Assembly (NCBI GenBank): GCA_963836015.1 | Contig: CAWIIF010000004.1 | Coordinates: 1,025,924 to 1,089,923, forward strand | From: Bryobacterales bacterium | Lineage (GTDB): Bacteria; Acidobacteriota; Terriglobia; Bryobacterales; Bryobacteraceae | DNA: 64,000 bases | Reading direction: 5' to 3' | Part shown: positions 44,106 to 53,496 of the stretch, in pieces | Layout of the letters: the number at the start of each line of letters is the position of its first letter | How positions within the stretch are numbered: position 1 is the stretch's first letter | The notes under the pieces: model-generated | Databases searched by the model: none | Told to the model about the DNA's origin: nothing | What the model saw: the letters and a program-made list of their open reading frames with translations, nothing else | Position numbers and translations under genes: made by a program

Positions 44106-46754
44106 ATGAACGTGTTCGGAAAAGAGAAATGCCGGCGCTGTGGAGCTGTGATTCCCTCGACGTCGACCGGGAAGCTCTGCCCTGCTTGTCTTCTGTCAGG
44201 CGCCTTGGAGCCGTCCGATGACCAGGCCGAGACCATCACGGTAGCGCCGGCAGGGCCGCTCTCTCTGCACGGGCCGTCGGAATTCCCTTGCGAATTCGGC
44301 GGCTACCGGTTGCTGGGGCTGCTCGGGCGCGGCGGAATGGGCGTCGTGTATGAGGCCGAGCAACTCTCTACCGGCCGCCGTCTGGCCCTGAAGATGCTCG
44401 GGCGGCAGCTCGATTCGCCGGACATGCGGCAGAGGTTTCTCCGCGAAGGCCGCCTCGCGGCGCGTGTCAACCATCCGAATAGTCTCTACATTTTCGGCAG
44501 CGAGGAAATCGAAGGCCACCCCGTGATCACGATGGAGATCGCCAGTGGTGGCACGCTCAAGGACAAACTCAAGCAACGCGGTCCTCTGCCTGTGAAAGAG
44601 GCGGTTGACGCCATTCTCGATGTCATTTCCGGCCTGGAATCCGCCTTTGCGAACGGCGTGCTCCACCGCGACGTCAAGCCATCCAACTGCTTCGTCTCAC
44701 CCGATGGTTCGGTGAAGGTGGGTGATTTCGGCCTATCGGTTTCCACGCTGGCCAAGACCGACATCTTCGTAACGGCTCACGGCGTGAAGATCATGGGTAC
44801 TCCGGCCTTTGCCTCGCCCGAACAGTTGCGGGGTGACACGCTGGACGTGCGCGCCGACATCTACTCGGTTGGCGCCACGCTGTTCACGCTGCTTACCGAC
44901 CGGCCGCCGTTCGAAGGAGACAACGCGGTTCAGGTGGTGGCCAACGCCGTCAACCAGGATCCGCCGCCGTTGGATGAATTGCGGAAAGACGTGCCGCCAG
45001 CACTGGCGCGGGTCGTCCGTCGCTGTCTCGCCAAGGAAGCGGACCGGCGCTACACCGGCTACGCCGCCCTGCGAAACGCACTGCTACCCTTCAGTTCGAA
45101 GGAACCGGAGCCGGCGAACATGAAGGTCCGGGCGTCCGCCGGCTATATCGATTACTTAATCGCCTTTTTGCCCGCCTACGTGACGCTGATGTTCGTAGTG
45201 GGAGCTGAGCAGTTCATCTATCGACCTGTTGTCGAACGCACTCTGTACTCCGCCAGATACTACTTCCTTTTCTTCGGCCTCGGATTCCTCTACTTCAGCA
45301 TCTGCGAAGGGATCTGGGGCGCCGGGCTCGGCATGTGGCTCAAGGGGTTGCAGGTCGTTCGTCCCAACGGCCGCCGGCCAGGAGTTGGCCGGGCCTTGCT
45401 ACGGATCTTCATCCCCATTCTGTCGATCGAAGCTGTCCGGATGCCCCTATCGATGGTGCTGTTTCCCAACACCGATTGGACCGGGCTTCAAATCGCGATG
45501 TTTATCGTAGTTGCCAACGTCTGCGGTTGGATTCCGGCCTTGTTGACGTTGACGGCGCGCCGGGAGAACGGTTTTGCCACCGTATGGGACCTCGCGAGCG
45601 GAACCAGGGTAATTGTGAAGCCGAAAGGCACGAAGCGGCCGTCGATTGAACCTATAGTCCAGGCGGAGAATCCGCCCAACAGTGCAAGTTCGCTCGGGCC
45701 CTACCAGATTATTGAGGAGATTGTTCCCGCGAAATGGATCCTTGGCGTCGACCCCGTGCTGTGCCGGCCGGTCTGGCTGCTGCGGACCGCATCGGAGCTC
45801 TCCCGCGCGCGGCGAGACGTCGCGCGGTCCGGCCGTCTGCGCTGGCTCCAGAAGGTCGAAGCGGATGGAGCCGTCTGGGATGCCTTTGAGGCGATTCCGG
45901 GAGCGCCGTTTTCCGGTTTGGTCGGAGGAGGGAAACACGTGCCCTGGTCCACCCTTCGCCACTGGCTCCATGATCTGGCCGCGGAACTATGGGCTGCCAC
46001 AGGAGATCAAACCTTGCCCGCGGCGCTGAGCCTCGACCATGTCTGGATCACGGCGGACGGACGCGCCGTGCTGTTCGACGAACCCTGGCCTGACGTCAAA
46101 GCCCCTGCCGGGACCATCCCGGTAGGCGACCTCGCGGGTCAGCAGCGTTTCCTGAACGTTGTCGCCTCCTGCGTGGAACCCACCGGTCTGCCGCTTCACG
46201 CCAGACCCGTCTTGCGGAACCTCAAAGATGGGAAATTGGAGAAGCTGAGCTTCCTCACTGGCACGCTTCGTGGACTGCTCGACCGGCCGGCGGAGGTTGG
46301 GAGGGGAATTCGAGCGGGCGCGATCTTCATGGTACCCCTCTACATTTGGATCGCGTTCTTTGTCGGATACTTCCAGGATAAGCCGTTGAACGAACCGCTG
46401 AGCGCGATCGTCTTCGTCTCCGCCGTCATAGTTGCGGGCGCCGCGCTCATTCAACTCCTGGAGCTCCCATTCCGCAGCACCGTCGGCCACTCGATCTTCC
46501 GGTTGGCGGTGATCAACGCCAAAGGGGCGCCGGCCTCCCGATCGCACCTGCTGGTTCGTTGGGCGATCATTTGGCTGCCCCTGTTGCTACCCGCGGCGCT
46601 CGTGGCTCTGTGGTTGGACAGAGTTGAAGGGATCGCTGTAGTCTACTTTTTCTTGCTGCTTCTCCTGTGGGTCGGCACGGCGGCTTATGTCGTCGTTAAT
46701 CCCCACCGCGGATTCCACGACCGGCTGGCGCGGACTTGGGTTGTGCGACAGTGA
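44106..46754 (+). CDS. membrane Ser/Thr protein kinase: N-terminal zinc ribbon, Hanks kinase, RDD module, kinase-like degenerate domain, RDD module
   Basis: This is an 882-aa ORF. It contains CRRCGAVIPSTSTGKLCPACLL, then GRGGMGVVYEA, ALKML, HRDVKPSNCF, DFGLS and SPEQL. Two hydrophobic RDD-like blocks (GMWLKGLQVVRPNGRRPGVGRALLR and GHSIFRLAVINAKG) flank a region with kinase-like spacing but no catalytic motifs. Confidence 0.9.
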   Translation: MNVFGKEKCRRCGAVIPSTSTGKLCPACLLSGALEPSDDQAETITVAPAGPLSLHGPSEFPCEFGGYRLLGLLGRGGMGVVYEAEQLSTGRRLALKMLGRQLDSPDMRQRFLREGRLAARVNHPNSLYIFGSEEIEGHPVITMEIASGGTLKDKLKQRGPLPVKEAVDAILDVISGLESAFANGVLHRDVKPSNCFVSPDGSVKVGDFGLSVSTLAKTDIFVTAHGVKIMGTPAFASPEQLRGDTLDVRADIYSVGATLFTLLTDRPPFEGDNAVQVVANAVNQDPPPLDELRKDVPPALARVVRRCLAKEADRRYTGYAALRNALLPFSSKEPEPANMKVRASAGYIDYLIAFLPAYVTLMFVVGAEQFIYRPVVERTLYSARYYFLFFGLGFLYFSICEGIWGAGLGMWLKGLQVVRPNGRRPGVGRALLRIFIPILSIEAVRMPLSMVLFPNTDWTGLQIAMFIVVANVCGWIPALLTLTARRENGFATVWDLASGTRVIVKPKGTKRPSIEPIVQAENPPNSASSLGPYQIIEEIVPAKWILGVDPVLCRPVWLLRTASELSRARRDVARSGRLRWLQKVEADGAVWDAFEAIPGAPFSGLVGGGKHVPWSTLRHWLHDLAAELWAATGDQTLPAALSLDHVWITADGRAVLFDEPWPDVKAPAGTIPVGDLAGQQRFLNVVASCVEPTGLPLHARPVLRNLKDGKLEKLSFLTGTLRGLLDRPAEVGRGIRAGAIFMVPLYIWIAFFVGYFQDKPLNEPLSAIVFVSAVIVAGAALIQLLELPFRSTVGHSIFRLAVINAKGAPASRSHLLVRWAIIWLPLLLPAALVALWLDRVEGIAVVYFFLLLLLWVGTAAYVVVNPHRGFHDRLARTWVVRQ

Positions 46755-46859
46755 GGCCGGGCAAGCCGCCCGACCCGCTCTCACCAATGATGCACACGCC
46801 GGCCGGATCACTCGCCCCTTGGCGACTGATCGCGAGCCACCTTCCAAGAAAACGAGATT

Positions 46860-49364
46860 CTATTCCGAGCGCATGGCCACCATCGGCAGTACCGACGCGG
46901 CGCGGCGTGCCGGGCCGAGGCTGGCAACGACCGCGACGAGTATCGCAATCGCAGCGCCGACCACGTACGCGAGCGTCTCCACGTGGCTGAGCGGGATGCC
47001 CATGCGTTCACCGTTCAGGCGAATGAGGGCGGCTGTGAGAATGAGTCCAACGCCCACGCCAGGCGCGGTGAGCTTGACGACATCAAAGAGGATCATACCC
47101 AGCACGCGTGGGCGCGAGGCGCCCAGCGCGACGCGCACGGCGATCTCGCGAGTGCGCGTCGCGACCATCAATCCGACGACGCCGTAGATTCCAAGCGCAG
47201 ACAGCATCAGGACCACGCCGCCAGTGGCACCCGCGATTGCCGACTGTTTCAGGAAGTCGTTCATGCTGTTTTTTCGAAGGGAAACGCCGGTAACGATACG
47301 GTCGCGCCGAAATTCCGGGTCGAGCTGCCGAACCACGTTCTCGAGAACCGCGGTTATCTTCCCCGGTTGTTCCCCGGCCGCGCTGCGCGCGATCAGTAAT
47401 AGATTCGGCAGTCGGTTGCCTTCATCGTCAGTGGATACGGAATTCCGGCGCAAATTCGAGTGCTGAGCCAGCGGCAGCAGCAATTGTGCCCGTTCCGTGC
47501 TCATCTGGGAAGTGGGGAAATCGCCGGTGACACCAATGATCGTGAGGGTTTGTGGCGGCTTGTCTGCGGAGCCAGTTGCACCGGCGCCGAAGGTCAATCG
47601 TTTGCCGATCGCTTCGACGACTCCGGCATTCGGGAAGAGTTGATCGGCGAGCGGTTTCGTGATGATTGTCACCTTCTCGGAGCCTGGACTGTCATCGCCG
47701 CTGAAATCGCGGCCGCTCAAAAGCGGTACGCCCATCGTATTCAGGTAACCGTCACCGACGCGAGTCACCTGGACGTGGACGAGCGCCGAAGCTTCCGTCT
47801 GCAGCGATACGGTCGTTCCGCGACCTCGAAAGTCCAGCGGCAGGCCATCCGCTAAAGTGACAGATGCAATACCGCTCGCCTTGGCAAGATTGTCCCGGAG
47901 GCTTCGGATTCGGAAATCCATGGCCGCAGCGTTGTCAGTCTCAGGACCGGCGGTAAGCTCCAGCGGCGCTGCGTACAGAAGGTCGGGATTGAATCCGAGA
48001 TCGGATGTTGCCGTTGAGTGGACGCGATCAAGGCCGATACCACTAATGACCAGCAGGGGCACCGCTATCGCGACCTGCAACGCCGCAATGAAGCGATGAA
48101 CGCGGCCAACGCGGAGCCCGCCTGCGCCGGCATCGTCTTTCAAGGCAGAGATGATCACGGGACGGCTGAAACGAATCGCCGGCAAAAATCCGAAGACCAG
48201 GCTTGTCAAAAGGCAGAGCCCGATACAGATCCCGACCATGGAAAGATCGAGTTTCAGGGCGTCCTGGAGCGGAGCCGGTATAGGTTGCCCGGAGAGCCGG
48301 GAAACGACCGTCGGAGCATTGAAAAGCACCAGCGAAGCGAAGGTCCCTCCGGCAGCCGCCAGCAATACGGCTTCGGTCAAAAGAAGCCTGGCCAGCCGTA
48401 GCCGGCTGGCGCCGATCGCCTGACGTATCGATAGCTCCCTGTCACGCATGGCGCTGCGAACCTGCATCATGCCGGAGATATTCAGGCACACGACCAGAAG
48501 CACCGCCCCGGTCAGGGTCATCCCGACCGCCTCAAGCACGCGGAATTGCGAACGATCGAGAACGCCCAGAGGGTCATATGCCTCGACCATGCCGGCCTTG
48601 ATCTGGTTCGTCGCCGGATACTCTTTGGCCAGTCGCGCTGTAATGCCGGCAACCGCCGCGCTCGCCTGCGCAACACTAACCCCTGGCGAAAGGCGGCCGT
48701 GGATGTGCAACCATTCCTTGCCACGGTCGAAACGAGCATTGCTGTCCGTAAGTAGAAGGGGATACCGTTCGAGCGGAACAAACAATTCTCTTCCCTGAAG
48801 ACCGAGGTGCCCCTGGAACTGATCGGGTGCGATGCCGACCACGACATATGGAACGTTATCCAGTTTGAGCGTTTTGCCGATGATCTCCGGATCGGCACTC
48901 AGGTGGTTCTGCCAGAACTGGTATCCCAGAATCACGACGGCGTCCGTCTGCCCTTCGAATCCAGGTCCGCGCGCCAGCGGCACGCCGATCGTCTTGAAGT
49001 AGTCGGCAGAGATGTACATCGGCCACATGGCCAACTTCAGTCCTGCCGGAAGCTTGATTTCGCTTGGCGCGGTGGCCCACGCGAAGATCGCAATCCCGGT
49101 ATCCGAGTTGCGCAGGTCCATGAAGTCCGGATAGGACCACGAGTTGGTCGCCGGTCGCGACCCGTTGGCCGTCGTGATAATTTCGACCAGTCCCCTCGTG
49201 TTCACGCCGGGAGGGGGTGTGCGTGGTATTCGGGCGAGGTACGGAACCGCGATGACAGGCACCATCCCGATTCCAAGTGACACGATACACACGAACGTGA
49301 ACGCGGGAGCCTTCGCCAGCGAGCGGGCGGCATAAACCAAATCGCTCCAGATACCCTTAAACAT
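46860..49364 (-). CDS. ADOP/MacB-like duplicated FtsX permease, divergent paralogue, no adjacent ATPase gene
   Basis: The start is trimmed to ATG 49364 (MFKGIWSDLVYAARSLAKAPAFTFVCIVSLGIG); ATG 49373 is also possible. There are two FtsX-type 4-TM modules. Confidence 0.8.
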   Translation of the reverse strand: MFKGIWSDLVYAARSLAKAPAFTFVCIVSLGIGMVPVIAVPYLARIPRTPPPGVNTRGLVEIITTANGSRPATNSWSYPDFMDLRNSDTGIAIFAWATAPSEIKLPAGLKLAMWPMYISADYFKTIGVPLARGPGFEGQTDAVVILGYQFWQNHLSADPEIIGKTLKLDNVPYVVVGIAPDQFQGHLGLQGRELFVPLERYPLLLTDSNARFDRGKEWLHIHGRLSPGVSVAQASAAVAGITARLAKEYPATNQIKAGMVEAYDPLGVLDRSQFRVLEAVGMTLTGAVLLVVCLNISGMMQVRSAMRDRELSIRQAIGASRLRLARLLLTEAVLLAAAGGTFASLVLFNAPTVVSRLSGQPIPAPLQDALKLDLSMVGICIGLCLLTSLVFGFLPAIRFSRPVIISALKDDAGAGGLRVGRVHRFIAALQVAIAVPLLVISGIGLDRVHSTATSDLGFNPDLLYAAPLELTAGPETDNAAAMDFRIRSLRDNLAKASGIASVTLADGLPLDFRGRGTTVSLQTEASALVHVQVTRVGDGYLNTMGVPLLSGRDFSGDDSPGSEKVTIITKPLADQLFPNAGVVEAIGKRLTFGAGATGSADKPPQTLTIIGVTGDFPTSQMSTERAQLLLPLAQHSNLRRNSVSTDDEGNRLPNLLLIARSAAGEQPGKITAVLENVVRQLDPEFRRDRIVTGVSLRKNSMNDFLKQSAIAGATGGVVLMLSALGIYGVVGLMVATRTREIAVRVALGASRPRVLGMILFDVVKLTAPGVGVGLILTAALIRLNGERMGIPLSHVETLAYVVGAAIAILVAVVASLGPARRAASVLPMVAMRSE

Positions 49365-49612
49365 GTCAACCATTGGACCACATAGTACTTTGTATTGCAA
49401 AGAAGTGGCGACCCTCAGTTGACCGTCGCGTGGCAGGATCGCGAAACTGTACCTTACTTTATCTTCCTTGATGAACCTGGATGATATAGATCCTGGCCGA
49501 TTTTGGGGCGTCGCGGCTTTTTTACTTTCGTCAGTTGAGCGGCATAACAGCCGCTTATGGCCGGAGGTGAGTGGTCGGCGTCACCATTGACGTTAGCTGA
49601 ACGGTATTGCGC

Positions 49613-50335
49613 CTAGAGCAGCTTCGGAAGCAACTCGGCGGCGAGGCCGTGCAGGGCGCAGTCAACGATCGCGGTGGCGGTGGTGGGCTCGGTATTGATC
49701 TCGATTACCCGAGCCCCGGCCTGTTTGGCATAGGGAATCAGGCTCGCGGCGGGGAAGACCACGGCCGACGTGCCGATTACCAGGAACACTTCGGCCGCGC
49801 CGGCGGCGTGCTCCGCCTCTTTCATCATGCCCTCGGGCAGAGGTTCGCCGAACCAGACCGCGCCGGGCCGCGCCAGCCCGCCGCAGGCGCAGTGCGGGGG
49901 GATGCGCGGCAGGGGCACGCGCCGGTTGGGAAAGTTCGCCCCGCACGCGGTACAGCGCATACGCCAGATATCGCCGTGCAGTTTGAGAATCTTGCCGCTG
50001 CCGGCCAAGTCGTGCAGACCGTCCACGTTCTGCGTGATCAGGGTGAAGCGCGGCTTGCGGATTTCGATCTGCACCAGGGCCTTGTGCGCGGCGTTGGGAA
50101 CGGCTTTGGCGATGAGGCCGCGGCGCCAGTCGTACCACTCCCATACCAGCTTGGGGTCGCGAGCGAAGGCTTCGGGGGTGGCGAGATCTTCGGGCTTGTA
50201 ATCCTTCCAGATGCCGCCCGCGCTACGAAAGGTCGGGACGCCGCTTTCCGCGGAAATACCCGCGCCGGTCAAGACCGCCACCGACTTCGCCTGTCCCAGC
50301 CATTCGCGTACTTTTTCGAGGTTGGCCAAACTCAC
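49613..50335 (-). CDS. cobB: NAD-dependent protein deacylase (sirtuin, CobB type)
   Basis: This 240-aa ORF contains LTGAGISAESGVPTFR, TQNVDGLH and a Zn ribbon (CTACG...CACGG). GTG 50335 overlaps the upstream TGA (GTGA). Confidence 0.9.
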   Translation of the reverse strand: MSLANLEKVREWLGQAKSVAVLTGAGISAESGVPTFRSAGGIWKDYKPEDLATPEAFARDPKLVWEWYDWRRGLIAKAVPNAAHKALVQIEIRKPRFTLITQNVDGLHDLAGSGKILKLHGDIWRMRCTACGANFPNRRVPLPRIPPHCACGGLARPGAVWFGEPLPEGMMKEAEHAAGAAEVFLVIGTSAVVFPAASLIPYAKQAGARVIEINTEPTTATAIVDCALHGLAAELLPKLL

Positions 50336-51513
50336 AGTTTAACCGCCCGCCGCACCTGTGCGAGAATCTCCGCCACGTCGGGGCGGTCCACCCGAATCAC
50401 GGTCGAGCGTTCGCCGGCCGGCTGCCACCGTTCGAACATGCGCGGTGCGGGGAATCCCGCGAAGATGCTGACCAGCGGGACATCGCAAGCGGCGGCCACG
50501 TGCTGACCGGCGGAATCGTAGCCGACATAGAGGCTGCTGCCGGCGATGATCTCCGCAAAACCGGCGAAGCTGCCCTCCCAGAACTGCGCCGCCACGCGCG
50601 AGCGCTCTGCCGCGCGGGCGACGCGTTCGGCCTCTTCGCCGCCGGCGCCGCGATCGATGACGAGCGGCAGGCCGGTCCCCGCAAGCAGCGCCAGCAATTG
50701 TTCTTCGAACGGATCGGGAATGCGCTTGGCCGGGTTCTCACCCACCCCCAGGCTCACGGCGATGCGCGGGATGGGCGCCGCCGGCGCGCCGAGGGCCACG
50801 TAGGGCCGGGCGCCGCGGACGTCGAGCGTTTCCTCCGCCCACTGCGCGGCCAGCTCGGGCAGCGTCCCAGAGCCATTCGCTCCGTAGGCGCGGCTTTCGA
50901 ACAGGTGGTAGCGATCCTCCGGACATACGGGCAGCAGGCCGAGCTGCGTCAGGCGGGAATCGGGGTCGATGACGATCGAGTCCGGCCCGGAGAGCAGAGC
51001 TTTCAACTCGTCCCACACGGCCAGGCGCTCCCGCAGGCCGCCGCGCCGGTACTCCACGGGGGCGTGGCGCACGCGCGGATCGGCCGCGAACAGCTCGTAG
51101 TTCTTGCGCGGACCGGCAAAGATCATCTCGGCGTCCGGAAAGCGTTCCTTGACAGCCGACAGCAGCACGCTGGTGACCGCCACATCGGCGCCCAGGGTCA
51201 CGCGCGAGAGCACGAAGATCCGGCGCGGGCTGCCGTGAATGCTCCGCACGTTGCGAGCCTGCTCGTAATGCGCCACCAGCGACGCCGCGTCCACACCCTC
51301 CCGCGACATCGCCACGGCCTGCGAGAAAAGCCTCGCGTAGGTCGTGCACAGCGCGGGCTCGAAGCGGTCCGCCAGCCCTTCCACCAGGATGCCGAAGAGC
51401 GCCTGGCCGCACGGCTCTTCGACCAGCTCGCGGGGCAATTCCTCGGGAGGGTTCCCGGCGATCGACTGCTCCAGGACCTCGCGCGCGATCCGGTTACACG
51501 AAGTACTTGTCAA
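50332..51513 (-). CDS. glycosyltransferase family 9 (heptosyltransferase-like) protein with an N-terminal extension
   Basis: [33 protein letters not shown] and [25 protein letters not shown] resemble GT9 motifs. The TTG 51513 start overlaps the mtnP end by 20 nt, and the start is uncertain. Confidence 0.6.
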   Translation of the reverse strand: MTSTSCNRIAREVLEQSIAGNPPEELPRELVEEPCGQALFGILVEGLADRFEPALCTTYARLFSQAVAMSREGVDAASLVAHYEQARNVRSIHGSPRRIFVLSRVTLGADVAVTSVLLSAVKERFPDAEMIFAGPRKNYELFAADPRVRHAPVEYRRGGLRERLAVWDELKALLSGPDSIVIDPDSRLTQLGLLPVCPEDRYHLFESRAYGANGSGTLPELAAQWAEETLDVRGARPYVALGAPAAPIPRIAVSLGVGENPAKRIPDPFEEQLLALLAGTGLPLVIDRGAGGEEAERVARAAERSRVAAQFWEGSFAGFAEIIAGSSLYVGYDSAGQHVAAACDVPLVSIFAGFPAPRMFERWQPAGERSTVIRVDRPDVAEILAQVRRAVKL

Positions 51514-52354
51514 TCAGGATCCCCAGCTTCCTCCGGGTTGTTTCGGGCACCATTTTACGGTCGGTGATGATGGCGTGCGAAAGGGCCGACCCGCACTTGC
51601 AGGTGCGCTCCAGGGGCATGGCGGCCACGGCTTCGGCCACCACGCGGCAGGCGTTTCCGGCGTTCTGCACCAGGTTGGCGATGATGTCGTTGACGGTGAC
51701 GGCGTCGTGATCGGGGTGCCAGCAGTCGTAGTCGGTCACCATGGCCACGGTCACGTAGCAGATCTCCGCCTCGCGCGCGAGTTTGGCCTCCTGCAGGTTG
51801 GTCATGCCGATCACGTCCATGCCCCAGCTCCGGTACACGTTCGACTCCGCCTTGGTGGAGAACGCCGGGCCTTCCATGCAGAGATACGTGCCACCCTTTT
51901 TGGTCTGGACGCCCACGGCGGCACAGGCGCTGGCCAACACTTCCGACATCTGCGGGCAGACCGGATCGGCGAAGCTGATGTGGGCCACCAGCCCTTCGCC
52001 GAAAAAGGTGGAGATGCGGCCCCGCGTGCGGTCGAAGAACTGGTCGGGGATGACGAAATCGAGCGGCTTGTGCTCTTCCTTGAGCGAGCCGACCGCGCTG
52101 AGAGAGATGATCCGCTCCACCCCCAGCGATTTCATGCCGTAGATGTTGGCGCGGAAGTTCAGCTCCGAAGGCGAGATGCGATGTCCACGCCCGTGCCGCG
52201 CCAGAAAGGCGACGCGCCGCCCGGCCAGTTGGCCGAGCACGAAATTGTCCGAAGGCGCGCCGAACGGGGTCTCGATGAGCGCCTCTTCCTGAGCTTCGAA
52301 GCCGGGCATGGAGTAGAGCCCGCTGCCGCCGATGATTCCGATTTCCGCTTTCAA
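51494..52354 (-). CDS. mtnP: S-methyl-5'-thioadenosine phosphorylase
   Basis: The last 286 aa of track ORF 51494..53488 read (M)[13 protein letters not shown]...FLARHG-GH...[20 protein letters not shown]. The start is TTG 52354, with an AGGAGAG Shine-Dalgarno 8 nt upstream. The upstream part of the track ORF is an Arg/Gly-rich shadow. Confidence 0.9.
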   Translation of the reverse strand: MKAEIGIIGGSGLYSMPGFEAQEEALIETPFGAPSDNFVLGQLAGRRVAFLARHGRGHRISPSELNFRANIYGMKSLGVERIISLSAVGSLKEEHKPLDFVIPDQFFDRTRGRISTFFGEGLVAHISFADPVCPQMSEVLASACAAVGVQTKKGGTYLCMEGPAFSTKAESNVYRSWGMDVIGMTNLQEAKLAREAEICYVTVAMVTDYDCWHPDHDAVTVNDIIANLVQNAGNACRVVAEAVAAMPLERTCKCGSALSHAIITDRKMVPETTRRKLGILIDKYFV

Positions 52355-52356
52355 AT

Positions 52357-53496
52357 TCAACTCTCCTGAATAAGTTCCAGCAGTACGCCTCCGGTGGAGG
52401 CGGGGTGCACAAATACGTATAGATGGCCGCCCGCGCCGGCGCGCGGCTCGTTGAGCAGGCGGGCCCCCTGGCCGCGCAGTCGCTCCACCGCCGCGCGGAG
52501 GTCCGGGACCCTGAGCGCCACGTGATGCAGGCCGGGCCCGCGCTTTTCGAGAAACCTCGCGATGGGTGAATCGGGGGCGGAGGCCTCGAGCAGCTCGATG
52601 CGCGATTCCCCGGCGGGCAGCATGGCGACGTGGACCTTCTCGGTGGAGACGGTCTCGCGATAACTGACGGCGAGGCCGAGGGCTTCGTAGAGGGGTAACG
52701 CCGCATCGAGACTGTTCACTGCAATCCCCAGATGATCGATGCTTAAGTGGGGCAGGCCTCCCGGCCTGCCCTGGACAGGCCAGGAGGCCTGTCCCACTAA
52801 CGCCGCGAGATCCGCGATACCGGTTCCTTCCGTCGCTACCGTGCGGAGGATCGGAGGGCGCTTTCCCTGGCCGAGGCTCAGCATGGCCTGCAACTCCTGC
52901 TCCACGCGGTCTGCGCCCGGCAGGTCGGCCTTGTTGATGACGAACACGTCGGCGATCTCCATGATCCCGGCCTTGATCGCCTGGACGTCGTCGCCCATTC
53001 CCGGCACCAGCACCACCACGGTCACCTGCGCCAGGCCGGCGATCTCGACTTCGTCCTGCCCGACGCCGACGGTCTCGATGATCACGTAGTCCTTGCCCGC
53101 CGCGTCCATGAGGCGCGCCAGGTCGGCGGTAGCGCGCGACAGGCCGCCGGTGGTGCCGCGGGTCGCCATGGAGCGAATGAAGATTCCGGCGTCGGCGTGG
53201 TGCTGCTGCATGCGGATGCGGTCGCCCAGGATGGCGCCGCCGGAGATGCGGCTGCTGGGGTCCACCGCCAGAATCGCGACGGTGCTCCCGGCGGCGCGCA
53301 GCACCCGCGCCAGCGCGTCGACCAGCGTGCTTTTTCCAGCGCCGGGGGGGCCGGTGATGCCGACCACGCGGGCGTGGCCGGGACCCAACTGGCGCACAAC
53401 CTCGAGGGCTTCCGGATCGCGATTTTCCACGCCCGTGGCGGCTCGCGCCAGTGCGCGCGCGTCGCCCTCCCGGATTTTCCGCGCCCACTCGTTCAT
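52357..53496 (-). CDS. fusion protein: MeaB/ArgK-type G3E GTPase (lacking its usual C-terminal arm) joined to methylmalonyl-CoA epimerase (VOC fold)
   Basis: ATG 53496 overlaps the acd TGA by 1 nt. The sequence reads [19 protein letters not shown]...[12 protein letters not shown]...DPSS...ETVGVGQ...NKAD...[11 protein letters not shown] 17-aa linker encoded by the repeat follows. Then comes [24 protein letters not shown]...[11 protein letters not shown]...VFVHP. It is a single open frame with no internal stop and no canonical start for the epimerase part. Confidence 0.8.
   Translation of the reverse strand: MNEWARKIREGDARALARAATGVENRDPEALEVVRQLGPGHARVVGITGPPGAGKSTLVDALARVLRAAGSTVAILAVDPSSRISGGAILGDRIRMQQHHADAGIFIRSMATRGTTGGLSRATADLARLMDAAGKDYVIIETVGVGQDEVEIAGLAQVTVVVLVPGMGDDVQAIKAGIMEIADVFVINKADLPGADRVEQELQAMLSLGQGKRPPILRTVATEGTGIADLAALVGQASWPVQGRPGGLPHLSIDHLGIAVNSLDAALPLYEALGLAVSYRETVSTEKVHVAMLPAGESRIELLEASAPDSPIARFLEKRGPGLHHVALRVPDLRAAVERLRGQGARLLNEPRAGAGGHLYVFVHPASTGGVLLELIQES
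52747..52797. repeat. REP-like double hairpin, copy B, lying inside the meaB::mce reading frame
   Basis: GTGGGGCAGGCCTCCCGGCCTGCCC (identical to the copy A left arm) is followed directly by tGGACAGGCCAGGAGGCCTGTCCCAC. The second unit differs from the copy A right arm at 3 positions. Two of these are compensatory in the stem (GGACAGGCC/GGCCTGTCC). The element is 51 nt, i.e. 17 codons. Confidence 0.85.

Noticed and set aside
49613-50335. Sir2-domain gene as a possible anti-phage defence component (Thoeris/DSR/SIR2-HerA type)
   Set aside because: It is a 240-aa canonical CobB-type sirtuin with an intact Zn ribbon and NAD motifs. It has no fused or adjacent TIR, HerA, STAND, Macro or other effector genes, and it sits in a housekeeping run.
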